DNA from: a virus | IMG/VR virus record: IMGVR_UViG_2209111000_000009 | Span: 8,867-72,866 of that record | Strand: one strand, 5' to 3' | DNA length: 64,000 nucleotides | In this document: positions 8,417 to 18,287 of the stretch, in pieces | Position numbering within the stretch: position 1 is the first letter of the stretch | How the letters are laid out: each line of letters opens with the position of its first letter | The notes under the pieces: generated by a model | What the model was told of the DNA's origin: nothing | The model's database searches: none | What the model saw: only the letters and a program-made list of their open reading frames with translations | Translations under genes and position numbers: made by a program

Positions 8417-11400
8417 CTACCTGCAAGTATCACACTCTTTCTTGCGGTTGTTAATAAGATTCTTAACCGTCACTTGTGGTTTAGGCCCTCCGCCTGCCAC
8501 ATTGACGGTTACTTGATTTTTAACTGTTGTATCTTGCCCGCCGCCCTTGCTGACCTCGATCGCCTTAACCGCTTTAGTCACTGCATCTAGTTTACCTGCT
8601 AACGGTGCTACCGACTTGCCAACCCCTTTAAGCTGGTTGGTTTGCTCAGTGCTAGCCCTCTGAATAGCGCGAAGTGGGGCAACAGTGCGATCGTCCTTAA
8701 CCTTCACCTCAATATTACTAGGGGTCAGCTTGAGGGTGGGTAGTGATACCGTCGCCACTTTCTTAATCTCTTCCCGAATATCTTTGATTTTATTGGAGAA
8801 AGCATCAACAGATTTAGTGTCGATACGAGGGCTTAACCCTTTTAGTGACCGCTCGTAGTTCTGTTGGCTGTTTAAAAGTTTTTGCTGGGTGTCTAACGTC
8901 TCCTCTTGTGACTTTGACTGTAATTCGCTTATTTTGGCTTGACTGTCTAACAGTTTATTGCGAAGTTCTGCCTCTTGTTCGGAGGACTGGCGCTGAGCTT
9001 CGCCTAGTTCCTTGGTGCGGTCTACTTGGTTTCGCAGGTTAGCTGCTTGAGCAGCTAAGGCTTTAGCCTCGTCTTTATCCTTAGTTAGTCCTGCTTGTGC
9101 CTCTAATTGGTCAGCCTGAATTGCCAGCTTTTGAGCTTCTAACTCTAATTCTTGTGCTTTAAAGTCGGCTCTAATCTTATCCATCTCTATCGCCGCTCGC
9201 TGGTTAGCTAGCTCTAACGCACCCATCTCTATGCTGAGTGCTAACTGCTCTCGCTTGACCTTAATCTGGTTCTGTTCCGCTTGTTGCCGTTGGTTTATTA
9301 ATTGCTCTTCGGTCTTACCCCCTTCCTTTCCTAGGGCGGCAAGCTGTGATCGCAGCGCTAAAGCTTCACGCTCCATCGCTGTCCGCTGTTCCGCTGTCAG
9401 CTTGGTGTCGGTAGCTAACTGTTTTTCGATGTCTGACAATTTGGTACGGGCGGCTAGGGCGGCATTGACCAGCGACAGTTCATTACTTAACCCTGTTTCT
9501 AAACTTTGCAGTTGCGCAGACACCAGCCCCGACTGAGCTTGCCGTAATTGTGAAGTACGAGCTACCGACTGAGCCTCTAGTTCACTGAGTGCCACAATTT
9601 GGGCTAGGTTTTGCTTTTGGTTCTCAAACGACAAGTTGCGTAACTCACTAGCCTTTTGAAGAGCTGCTAGTTGCTCGTTACCTTTCTCTGACATCTGGGT
9701 GTCCAAGTCTAGTAACTGGGCCTTAAGCTTTAGCTGGTCTTGCTGGTTTTTCTGCTTATCTGATTCATCTCCTTTACCTTCCAGACCCCTTAGTAGTTCA
9801 AGCTCAGCCTCGATTCTTGCACGGGCGAACCCTAGCTTTTTCTTCTCGGCTTGCTCCTTGGTGATAGTGCCTTCATTAACTTGCTGAGCCAGAGCTAGCT
9901 CGTCCTCTAAGATATTTATCTCCCCCTCACCCTTGCGCAGGTCAAGGCGCTTCTTAAGTAGGTCTAGCTCGTTTTTAATGGCACTCTGTAAGGCTTTCTC
10001 GGCTGCTATCTCAGCATCTATTAGCCCAATCGCTAGTTTCCTTAAATCCTTCTTTTTGGCTGCTACTCCTTGGGTATCACCAACCCTAGCTAGTTTCTCA
10101 AGCGCTCTCTCTTCCTCCGCCATCTGTGCCTTAATACGCTCAATCGCTAGATTAGCTATCTCAGTCTGGGCTTTAGCCTCACTATCGACGTTACGTCGTA
10201 TCTGTGCCTCTTGCTCAGCGTATGACAGGTCGAGCTGTTGCTTGCGCTCATCTAAAGCGGCTTTAACAATGTTTTGTAAGGATTTTTCTGCCGCTATTTC
10301 AGCGTCAATCAAACCTATCGCTAGCTTGCGGACTTCAAGGCGCTTTTGTTCGGCACCTTTGGTGTCCCCCAATGAAGCTAGCTGGTTGGCGGCTTCCTCC
10401 TCGGCTTGCATCTGCGCCCGGATGCGATCGATGTTGATTTTAGCTATATCGGATTGCGCCTGAGCTTCATTATCGACACTCTGCCGGACTTTAGCGGCTT
10501 GCTCAGAGAATCCTAAGTCAGCAGCTTGCAACTTCTGAGCCAGTTGCTCCTTATATGCACTAATAATCTTGTCACGGGCTTGTAATTCAAGGTCTAGCAG
10601 TGACTCAGTGGCTTTCTTAGAACGTTCCTTGGCGGCAGTAATCTTGTCTTCAAGCTCTTTACGCTCGTCACCTTTAGCGGAACCCAGTAGGGCTTGCAGT
10701 TTAGAGACATTTTCAGCCTCAGCAGCTTGTTCGGCTTGTATTCTGGTGCGACGGTTAGCTAGTACCTCTGCATCATACTGTTCTTGAGTTTTGGTACGGT
10801 CAAGCAACCCTTGCTTAAGGGCGATCGTTGCTTCCGTTTCCGCCGCCCCCGCTTCCCCCATTGATTTCTGATATCCTTCCTCGATCGCTTTTAAGCGGGC
10901 GGCGGTAGCATCTTTCTGACCTTTAATATCTACATCGGCAAGCTGCTGTGATATAGCTATTTGCTTTTTCTTAGCTTCGGTCAGAGCTTCGGTAGCTGCT
11001 TGATTTCCGCCTTGACTTGCTGCTAGGGCGGCTAACTTTGTTACTTGCTCATTAGTAGCCTTAAGCTCTATGGACAGTCGGGTTTTGGTCGCGTTGCTTA
11101 CTTTCTGGTCATACTCTTGCTGAGATATTTGGCGATCTGCTAGCTGTTTCTTAAGAGTTAAGGTAGTTTGAGATTCTGCTAACTCTGCCACACCCTTAGA
11201 CTTATCAAAGCTATCCTTGACCGCCTTTAAACGCTCCTCTGCCGCCGCTTTAACTGCTGCGCCCTCGGTTTTAGTGGCATTGAGAGTTAATTCGGCTGAC
11301 TTCTGCTTTGAGTCGGCTATTTTCTTTTCAATTTCTTCGCGTTGGTCAGCCGTTGCAGCTCCCTTAAGCAGGTCTTGCAGTTTAGCTTGGTTATCTTCCT

Positions 11401-13648
11401 CAGCCTCTATCTCAGCCCCTAGGCGCTCCTTGGTAGCTTCCAAGGTCTGTGTGTTGTACTGCCCCTCCGTGACCTTTTTAGAGGCTAAGCCCTTCTCAAG
11501 AGCCAATAATCGCTGGGTTTCCGAAGCTTTAGCAGCGCTAAGAGTTTTTTGGTAAGCGTCCTCTTGATCTTTCTCTCTTATTTCTGCTATTTTCTCTAAG
11601 CTGTCCAACTCGGTATCTGCTTGTTTAGAAACCAGTTGCTCACGTTCTAGGGCTAGTTTTTCGGTAGACTGCCCTAATTCTTTAGCCTTTTCAATTTGAC
11701 TATCAAGGCTTGCCACCTGCACATCGGTTTGCTTCTTAGAGATATCTAAGCCAGCCTTAGCCCCCTCGATCGCGCTCATCGTGCCTTGCTTGACCTTGCG
11801 CTCAACTGCCGCAGCTTCCAGGTCTAACTGAGCCACCTTAAAATCAGTAAAGTCCTTTTCAAGACCTTTCATTGCCTCCAAGGCTGATTCTCTAGTTTCT
11901 AACTCTAACTTGGTATTTTTTACGACAGTATCAAGTCTACCTATACCCTGAGCAGCAGTAATCTGTCCGTACTCTACTTGCTTAGCAGTTAGTTCGGTTA
12001 CAGACTTGGCGGCCTCTTCAAATACCTCCTTTTTACCTCCGCCGTCACGGTTCAAGGTGGCTAAAGCACTCTCAGCATTTTTGCCTAGAACCTCCATCAT
12101 CGTACCGAGTTTTTGAAGTTCTGGAGCTTTAAAAGTTAAGTCGTCCTGAGCTGTTTTTAACCCCTCTAAGGTCTTGATAGACTTCTCAATAGCTGTTATC
12201 TGGGCTTCTACTGCTACATTGTCAGCCTCTCTAAAAGTTTTCATCCCTTTTAAGGACTCTTTTTGCTTTTCCAGGGCGTCAATTTGACCCCTTACCATTG
12301 CAGAACTAGCTTTGCCCGAACTGGCTATCTTCTCAGCTTGGGCGGTCAGAGTGGCAGTTACATCACGGTAAGTTTCTACAGCCTCAATTGAATCTTGATA
12401 TTCCCCTGTAAGTTTAGCTACATTGGCTTGTGCATCATTAAAGACTTTACCAAGATCAAACCCTCCCCCTAAGCTCGCTGTTGCTTGTGTAAAATTACCC
12501 AAAGCATCAGTGGCCACAGTTAGCAAGTTGGCAAGTTTACCTATGCCCTCTAAGCCAAAGCTTAGAGTGGTGAAAGTATTACCCAAAGCCGTACTTAAAA
12601 TAGGCCCAAATATACCAGCAATACTGACACCTAGCTTAATAAGTCCTTCGGCGGCGGTAATGAGATTACCTATCAACTCAGAACCCCCCGTTAAGAAACC
12701 CTCGGGGGTGATATTGAAAGCATCTCCTATATCTTTAACTGACTGTGTGAGGGTATTAAACAAGCTAAGCAGGTCTGCTACATTTTCCTTGGTTAGTTCC
12801 TCGATTAGGTCACGGTTCTTAAGCAAGGTCTGGTAAACCTCGTTTAAAGAGGATGTAACCGGGGCTAACAGGGGTTCGCCTGCCATCCGAGCAGTATCTT
12901 CAAACAAACTTTGGATGTTAGACGCGACCGCTCCGATCGACACCGATGCAAGCTTATTACCCTCTACGTACACTGCCAGTTTTTTGTTTATCTCGTCTAT
13001 TAGTACCCCGTTAGACACCCACTGGTCATACTGCTCGCGTGAGATAGCTAAGGTCTTGGCAATTACTGAGTCTGGGTTATTAACATCCCCCTGTAAAATA
13101 CTTCTTATTTCCTGGTTAGCTTGTTCAAGAGGTAGCCCGAGTGTACCCAGTGCGGCCGCCCACCCTTTTGTAGCGTTGGTGGCGGCGTCTATGGGATTAG
13201 AGAACTCTTTAGACTGCCCGATAAAAGAGCTAGCGTTCTGTAACAATATTTGAAAGACACCATTAACTTGCTGGGTTGTAACCCCGGCTAGTTCGGTTGT
13301 GTCCTTTTCGATCTGCTTAAGCGAATCTTTAAGGGTTCCGGCGCTAGATATAATCTTGTCGCCGATATTGTCAATTTTAGTACCGTTTTGATAAATATCT
13401 AAGGTGCTAGCAAGAGCTACTTGAGACTTTAACAACTCCGCATTTAGCTGCTCGTTACTATCAATAAGTGATCCGTAGAGCGCGCCTGCTATCCCTTGTA
13501 AACCCCCTAACGCGGCAGTAAACAACTCTAGCTGGGAGTTCAGTTCGGTGAACCCCCCGATCGCATTGTTTTGCAAGTCATCAATCTGCCCTTGTGTTTG
13601 GGGCAGATTTTGTGTGGTGAATTCTACGACGATACGCTCATCTGGCAT
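8417..13648 (-). CDS. tape measure protein
   Basis: 1743 aa, A/E/K/Q/L-rich and helical, with a G/L-rich hydrophobic stretch around aa 320-400 and internal repeats. Confidence 0.8.
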   Translation of the reverse strand: MPDERIVVEFTTQNLPQTQGQIDDLQNNAIGGFTELNSQLELFTAALGGLQGIAGALYGSLIDSNEQLNAELLKSQVALASTLDIYQNGTKIDNIGDKIISSAGTLKDSLKQIEKDTTELAGVTTQQVNGVFQILLQNASSFIGQSKEFSNPIDAATNATKGWAAALGTLGLPLEQANQEIRSILQGDVNNPDSVIAKTLAISREQYDQWVSNGVLIDEINKKLAVYVEGNKLASVSIGAVASNIQSLFEDTARMAGEPLLAPVTSSLNEVYQTLLKNRDLIEELTKENVADLLSLFNTLTQSVKDIGDAFNITPEGFLTGGSELIGNLITAAEGLIKLGVSIAGIFGPILSTALGNTFTTLSFGLEGIGKLANLLTVATDALGNFTQATASLGGGFDLGKVFNDAQANVAKLTGEYQDSIEAVETYRDVTATLTAQAEKIASSGKASSAMVRGQIDALEKQKESLKGMKTFREADNVAVEAQITAIEKSIKTLEGLKTAQDDLTFKAPELQKLGTMMEVLGKNAESALATLNRDGGGKKEVFEEAAKSVTELTAKQVEYGQITAAQGIGRLDTVVKNTKLELETRESALEAMKGLEKDFTDFKVAQLDLEAAAVERKVKQGTMSAIEGAKAGLDISKKQTDVQVASLDSQIEKAKELGQSTEKLALEREQLVSKQADTELDSLEKIAEIREKDQEDAYQKTLSAAKASETQRLLALEKGLASKKVTEGQYNTQTLEATKERLGAEIEAEEDNQAKLQDLLKGAATADQREEIEKKIADSKQKSAELTLNATKTEGAAVKAAAEERLKAVKDSFDKSKGVAELAESQTTLTLKKQLADRQISQQEYDQKVSNATKTRLSIELKATNEQVTKLAALAASQGGNQAATEALTEAKKKQIAISQQLADVDIKGQKDATAARLKAIEEGYQKSMGEAGAAETEATIALKQGLLDRTKTQEQYDAEVLANRRTRIQAEQAAEAENVSKLQALLGSAKGDERKELEDKITAAKERSKKATESLLDLELQARDKIISAYKEQLAQKLQAADLGFSEQAAKVRQSVDNEAQAQSDIAKINIDRIRAQMQAEEEAANQLASLGDTKGAEQKRLEVRKLAIGLIDAEIAAEKSLQNIVKAALDERKQQLDLSYAEQEAQIRRNVDSEAKAQTEIANLAIERIKAQMAEEERALEKLARVGDTQGVAAKKKDLRKLAIGLIDAEIAAEKALQSAIKNELDLLKKRLDLRKGEGEINILEDELALAQQVNEGTITKEQAEKKKLGFARARIEAELELLRGLEGKGDESDKQKNQQDQLKLKAQLLDLDTQMSEKGNEQLAALQKASELRNLSFENQKQNLAQIVALSELEAQSVARTSQLRQAQSGLVSAQLQSLETGLSNELSLVNAALAARTKLSDIEKQLATDTKLTAEQRTAMEREALALRSQLAALGKEGGKTEEQLINQRQQAEQNQIKVKREQLALSIEMGALELANQRAAIEMDKIRADFKAQELELEAQKLAIQADQLEAQAGLTKDKDEAKALAAQAANLRNQVDRTKELGEAQRQSSEQEAELRNKLLDSQAKISELQSKSQEETLDTQQKLLNSQQNYERSLKGLSPRIDTKSVDAFSNKIKDIREEIKKVATVSLPTLKLTPSNIEVKVKDDRTVAPLRAIQRASTEQTNQLKGVGKSVAPLAGKLDAVTKAVKAIEVSKGGGQDTTVKNQVTVNVAGGGPKPQVTVKNLINNRKKECDTCR
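9935..10510 (-). repeat. 96-aa (288-nt) tandem duplication inside the tape measure gene
   Basis: KLAIGLIDAEIAAEK occurs twice, exactly 288 nt apart (10033 and 10321). Confidence 0.85.
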
Positions 13649-14301
13649 CCGAACCCCTCATATATCTCGCCTACATTTTGTAGTAGCTCTGATATAGAGT
13701 ACCCGCAGCGGTCTAAAGCGCCTAACCACTCTGGGCCTTTTAACTCTGTCAGGGGTTCAGGGTGGTTAGGGGGGATGTTGTCGCTTTTATCACCCATCAC
13801 CCGCTTAAGGTTGCCAACATAGCTAGGGTGAGGTATCCACATCTTGTGTATGCGAAAGGCCCACTCTATTACCTCTTGGTTGCGCCGTAGCCCCGGAGTG
13901 TGTCTGCCAAAGTTCTCCCACTCTATGCCGTTCTGATCATCTACGAGTTGGAGCCAGTCCGTATCCACTGTTAACAGCCTAAGTGTACCCGGCACCTTAT
14001 TAATGGTCTTGTAGTAACAAAGCAGCCCGGCCCAATCATCTGCCTCTAAACCCTCTTTGCAAAGGGTAGGCAGTCCCAAGGTAGTGCCGCTCTCAATGAG
14101 TTCGCGCTCAAGCGGAGCGCTAGTCCTTCCCGCCTTGTACTCAGGGTATAGCAAGGTACGCCAGTAGGGTTTAGAGTCTACTAGCAAGACTATGTGAGGG
14201 TCGCGAGTGAGGATGCTTTGCCAAAGTTTAGTGATACCCTCAGGGGTTTCTTCAAGGGCGCGTATGTTGTGTAGGAGGCAGAAAAGATCGATCGCAAGCA
14301 T
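13624..14301 (-). CDS. 5'-3' exonuclease / flap endonuclease
   Basis: YPEYKAGR, GLEADD, TVDTDWLQL, GDKSDNIP. Confidence 0.9.
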   Translation of the reverse strand: MLAIDLFCLLHNIRALEETPEGITKLWQSILTRDPHIVLLVDSKPYWRTLLYPEYKAGRTSAPLERELIESGTTLGLPTLCKEGLEADDWAGLLCYYKTINKVPGTLRLLTVDTDWLQLVDDQNGIEWENFGRHTPGLRRNQEVIEWAFRIHKMWIPHPSYVGNLKRVMGDKSDNIPPNHPEPLTELKGPEWLGALDRCGYSISELLQNVGEIYEGFGCQMSVSS

Positions 14302-14376
14302 TATTAATTACCATGATTATGTATTTGGATGTCCTTAAAGCCTTTACCTGGTAAGGGTTGCAAGGTTTATAGGGTG

Positions 14377-14862
14377 TTATTTGGGTGAATCAGAAAGCTT
14401 GTTGCTTTTTTTTATGTTTTCAGCAGGGCTTAGTAATTGGTATTGAGCCATAGCAAGGTGGTATTGGTCAAAGCTGGGGTAGTGTCTGGCCGTTACCTTA
14501 TCCCATGTCAGCCCGTGGAGGCTTAGCCAGTCGTTGACGATCGCCTCGAAAGGGTAAACATGGTCTACGTGCCAGCCGTGCTTACGGTGTGGCTTAACTT
14601 GGTACTCTATGACCTTACGAAGGTGTCCTAGTACCCTAGTCTTTTTAGACAACGAGTGGGATAGCTCTCGCTTGGGGATAGGGATACCTCGCCCGTTTTT
14701 CCAGCCGTACAGCATACGGTTGCCTTTGTACCAGCCGACGGTGAAGTGTGATAGGGTGGGTTCTAGGTTCCGGTAGCGAGAGATTTTAGCCATCTTCTCT
14801 CGGAGCCAAATGGTGTGGGCTGCGGATACCGGGTTGCCTTTTGCTAAAATGTCATCTATCAT
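14377..14862 (-). CDS. HNH-like endonuclease
   Basis: WHVDHVYPF and LLSPAENIKKSNK. Confidence 0.6.
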   Translation of the reverse strand: MIDDILAKGNPVSAAHTIWLREKMAKISRYRNLEPTLSHFTVGWYKGNRMLYGWKNGRGIPIPKRELSHSLSKKTRVLGHLRKVIEYQVKPHRKHGWHVDHVYPFEAIVNDWLSLHGLTWDKVTARHYPSFDQYHLAMAQYQLLSPAENIKKSNKLSDSPK

Positions 14863-14982
14863 AATTACACCTAGTATAGCACCATTGTGAAGGTGCCAGA
14901 GTACCTTAAGATTAAAACAGGGATTTTTTACCTTGTAACTTTCAGTCTACTGCCCACCCATCACTAAGGCCCATAAATACCA

Positions 14983-15108
14983 ATGAAACGCTACTACACT
15001 TTTACAGCCGACGGTGCCGAACACGTTACGCAAGTCATGACCGACCAAAGTATGACTTACACCTTAAGGATGCTCACGAGGCATTACAGGGCGATTAAAA
15101 GAAGTTAG
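14983..15108 (+). CDS. small hypothetical protein (41 aa), not in ORF track
   Basis: Hand translation MKRYYTFTADGAEHVTQV...; RYY start resembles the neighbouring genes. Confidence 0.4.
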   Translation: MKRYYTFTADGAEHVTQVMTDQSMTYTLRMLTRHYRAIKRS

Positions 15109-15197
15109 GCGGGGTAGGTACTTGGCAGAGTATCGGAAACTTCGCAAATTTTACGCTACAATCTACTAAGCATCCTTTGTAAAGGTCATAGAGTACC

Positions 15198-15527
15198 ATG
15201 AATATACAAGACTTTGTGAGATCACTTCAACAAGATGAGACTTATCCTAAGCTTTTTGTAGGTAAGTACAGTTTGCGAAGATACAAGGCGGTGCTGCGCT
15301 ACTATATCTGCACTAAACCCACAGGCGAATCCAACGTATTGATTACTTATGACTCTTGGTTTGTGGTCAGATACAAGATGACCCATATGGGCTATAATTG
15401 GCACCTTAAGGAGGTTTGCCGAAGTAGGTACTTAGCAGAGCAAAGGAAGAGAACTAATGCTCTTAACCCTCTGCTTCCTTGGGTTAAACGCCCTACATTA
15501 CAGTTAAGGAGTACCCATGTTAACTAG
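15198..15527 (+). CDS. hypothetical protein, paralog of 15517..15789
   Basis: RYYICT...LKEVCRSRYLAEQRKRTNAL. Confidence 0.65.
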   Translation: MNIQDFVRSLQQDETYPKLFVGKYSLRRYKAVLRYYICTKPTGESNVLITYDSWFVVRYKMTHMGYNWHLKEVCRSRYLAEQRKRTNALNPLLPWVKRPTLQLRSTHVN

Positions 15528-15789
15528 ATACTATATCTACACCACTGTCTTAGCTGATAAATCTAAAATTACAGGAGCTTTACCTCCTACTTCCGATAGT
15601 TCAGATGTAGTCCGTTCTGTTATGCTGGCTCATGGTTTAACTTTCACAAGAATAAAAGAGGTGTGTAAAAGTCGTTACGAAGCGGAAAGAAGGGGCAGAT
15701 TTAACTCTCTTAGCCTCCCGGTTCAAGAGTCTATAACGAAAATTGTAGGTAAACCGGAATACCTGATTGTCCATACAAAGGCCTCCTAA
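15517..15789 (+). CDS. hypothetical protein, paralog of 15198..15527
   Basis: RYYIYT...IKEVCKSRYEAERRGRFNSL. Confidence 0.65.
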   Translation: MLTRYYIYTTVLADKSKITGALPPTSDSSDVVRSVMLAHGLTFTRIKEVCKSRYEAERRGRFNSLSLPVQESITKIVGKPEYLIVHTKAS

Positions 15790-15825
15790 TCTACTAGCCC
15801 ACCATTGCAAAGGTCATAGAATATT

Positions 15826-16062
15826 ATGAAATCAGAGATAGTCAGAGAACTTGTAGCCATCAAAAAGCGGCGAGGACTTACTCAGCGAGATTTATCTGAA
15901 AAGACGGGTATCAAGCAACCGCAGATAGCTTGAATCAAATCCGGTGAGCAAATACCTAGAATTGGCACACTGCTATCAATATCTACAGCTTTGGGTTACA
16001 AATTAACTTTCACCATTAAATCTAATGAGGAGTTTTACCATGAACCAAGCAGAAATTCTTAA
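15826..16062 (+). pseudogene. XRE-family HTH regulator with an in-frame TGA
   Basis: MKSEIVRELVAIKKRRGLTQRDLSEKTGIKQPQIA*IKSGEQIPRIGTLLSISTALGYKL; the stop at 15931-15933 falls where XRE proteins usually have Arg. Confidence 0.85.
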
Positions 16063-16696
16063 CGCCGTCGCCGACCTCCGGTGGTCTAACCCGCACTTTA
16101 GCCAGTGGTACAAGGCACAGTCCGCGGTTAGCCTCAGCAACCCGGAGACACATCACTTAATACCTGCTGATATCAGAGGCATAGCAGAGTTTAAGGCGCA
16201 ACTGGCTCCCCTTACCGATGCCTTACGGGGGTTGGTATCTAAAAATAAGCAGGCAGATTTGACCCGCAGCACTTGTTTTAAGTACCTAGCCTACGCTAAG
16301 AAGTGGCTAGGGTTTGCTATGCCCCCTAACCTCTCTAAGCTGTCCTTAGCGGCGCTTAGGCAGCGCGTGAGCGAGTGCTACCCGGACAAGCTACCCAAGT
16401 TAGTACCTGTCACCTACGAGGGTGTAATGACGATTCTACGCGGGCTAAGGAAGGCAGGGCATAAGGTGACGTTACGGGCTAAGCTGCCTAAGCTGCTAGC
16501 ACAGGTTACAGCGTTGGTCAAGGACTGGGAGAACAATTATAAGCATTTGGTGGAAATTGTCAGGGTGCATGAGGAAACAGCCAAGCTACAATACAGGCTC
16601 TTTCTGTACGACGTGCAAGATTGGGTAGTGGCTACTCCCGACCCTCGTAAAGGTCACATAGTAGAAGTGCCAACTTTCGAGAGGGCGGTAGCATGA
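16040..16696 (+). CDS. hypothetical basic protein with HeH-like segments
   Basis: GAGGAG RBS before ATG 16040; LSKLSLAALRQ; LRGLRKAGHKV. Confidence 0.6.
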   Translation: MNQAEILNAVADLRWSNPHFSQWYKAQSAVSLSNPETHHLIPADIRGIAEFKAQLAPLTDALRGLVSKNKQADLTRSTCFKYLAYAKKWLGFAMPPNLSKLSLAALRQRVSECYPDKLPKLVPVTYEGVMTILRGLRKAGHKVTLRAKLPKLLAQVTALVKDWENNYKHLVEIVRVHEETAKLQYRLFLYDVQDWVVATPDPRKGHIVEVPTFERAVA

Positions 16697-16962
16697 ACGG
16701 GCAAACTTTGACCAGCATGGAGTGGGACAACCCCGCAGAGCCGCTAAGAATTTATGGTGATGTAGTACGGCTATACGTCTACCCGCCACTTAAGTTTAAA
16801 GCCCCGTGTTGCAATATGCAAGATGACCTAGTGGTGCAAGCACCCCCTGTTATACCTGGGTATCTAGAGGTAAGGTTTAGGCTGAGGCAATTTTATGAGG
16901 AAACTGAGGGGCAATGGGGGCAAACCCAAATCAGGTACTACTGGCGTTATGTGCGGGAATAG
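16693..16962 (+). CDS. hypothetical protein (89 aa)
   Basis: ATGA overlap with the previous gene. Confidence 0.6.
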   Translation: MNGQTLTSMEWDNPAEPLRIYGDVVRLYVYPPLKFKAPCCNMQDDLVVQAPPVIPGYLEVRFRLRQFYEETEGQWGQTQIRYYWRYVRE

Positions 16963-17042
16963 GTACGGTTATCACCACTAGGCACCCTTGATGATGGCAG
17001 GGTAGTATGTAAGTGTTCTGTAATCCATAACCTAAAAACCCA

Positions 17043-17300
17043 ATGCCAAAAACCAACTTAAAACGTTTAGAGGCACATCAAAAGCACTTAGACAAGCTTT
17101 CAAGCTTGTATATAGATGCTAATGAGTTTACTTACATCTTTTTGAATCAACAGAGCGGTGAACACGAGCTTTACTTGCAAGGCTTGACTCACGCAACCTG
17201 TATCGGTTGGGGTACTTTAGAACGTTGCCAAAGGTTGGCGAATAAAGTCAAAACCAATCCTACGCCATACCGCCGCTATTTCAAGGTAGGTTTACCATGA
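17043..17300 (+). CDS. hypothetical protein (85 aa)
   Basis: Follows a promoter-like element; ATGA overlap with the next gene. Confidence 0.6.
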   Translation: MPKTNLKRLEAHQKHLDKLSSLYIDANEFTYIFLNQQSGEHELYLQGLTHATCIGWGTLERCQRLANKVKTNPTPYRRYFKVGLP

Positions 17301-18214
17301 AGCTAGTATCATTGTTTAGCGGGGCAGGTGGCTTAGACCATGGGTTTGAGACAATCTGGGCTAACGAGTATGACCGGGTTACTGCGGGTGTCTGGGAGCG
17401 CAATTTTGAGAACGGCGCTAAGATTATGAACTGCCTACCCATTGATAAGGTGCGGGAGTTCCCAAAAGCGGATGGCGTAGTTGGTGGGCCACCTTGCCAA
17501 AGTTTCTCAATCGGCGGCGCTAAACGTGGCGTAGATGACCCACGCAGTAAGCTGTTCTACAGTTACGTCAACGCGATCAAGGTAATCCTCCCAAAGTTCT
17601 TTCTGGCTGAAAATGTCTCAGGACTCTTTAGCCCTCGGAACCGAGACACTTATGATGATATCTTGCGACGCTTTCGTGAACTAGGCTACCTTTGTGATGG
17701 TCAGGTACTAGACGCGGTTGACTATGGTGTGCCTCAGAACCGAAAGCGGTTGTTTATCTTGGGCTACCGTTCAGACTTGGGTATCTCCCCAACTTTTTCG
17801 ACCCCCTTAGAGTATAAACTCAATTTGCTCCATGCTTTGACTGACGTGCCGTACCTCCCCGTACTTAGTGGTAGAGGAAAGGACAGCTACAGCTCACAAT
17901 ATATGACCTGTAACCGGGTGCGAAAGTGGCTAGAGCCTAGCTACACCATAGTGGCTACCCGTCGCTCTAACCCTAAGCACCCTGACGTTACAATGATTAA
18001 AGACGTGGGGATAGAGCAATGGGTGTTTGGGGCATCCGGTTCTAAGAGGCTAAGCGCGATCGAGTGCGCCCGGATTCAGACTTTTTCAGATACTTTTAAC
18101 TGAGAGGGGGTATCACTTGACGCGGTTTACCGTATGATAGGCAACGCTGTACCTGTTAACCTTGCCCGCGCGTTAGCCGAGCATATCTTGGAAAAGTTGC
18201 AAAAGGTTCGGTAA
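17297..18214 (+). pseudogene. C5-cytosine methyltransferase (M.HaeIII-like) interrupted by an in-frame TGA
   Basis: SLFSGAGG, GGPPCQSFS, AENV, PQNRKR; after the TGA at 18101-18103 the frame continues EGVSLDAVYRMIGNAVPVNLA (motif X) to TAA at 18214. Confidence 0.85.
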
Positions 18215-18287
18215 TTACTACTCCTACCGTACTAGCCTACCTTCTCAATGGTGGGTTAGTATGTAGGGACAAACAGCAAGAAGCACT

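Noticed and set aside
8845-13253. Plus-strand ORFs inside the tape measure gene (e.g. 9933..10463)
   Set aside because: Antisense shadows of a biased coiled-coil gene, S/L/A-rich with no motifs or RBS.
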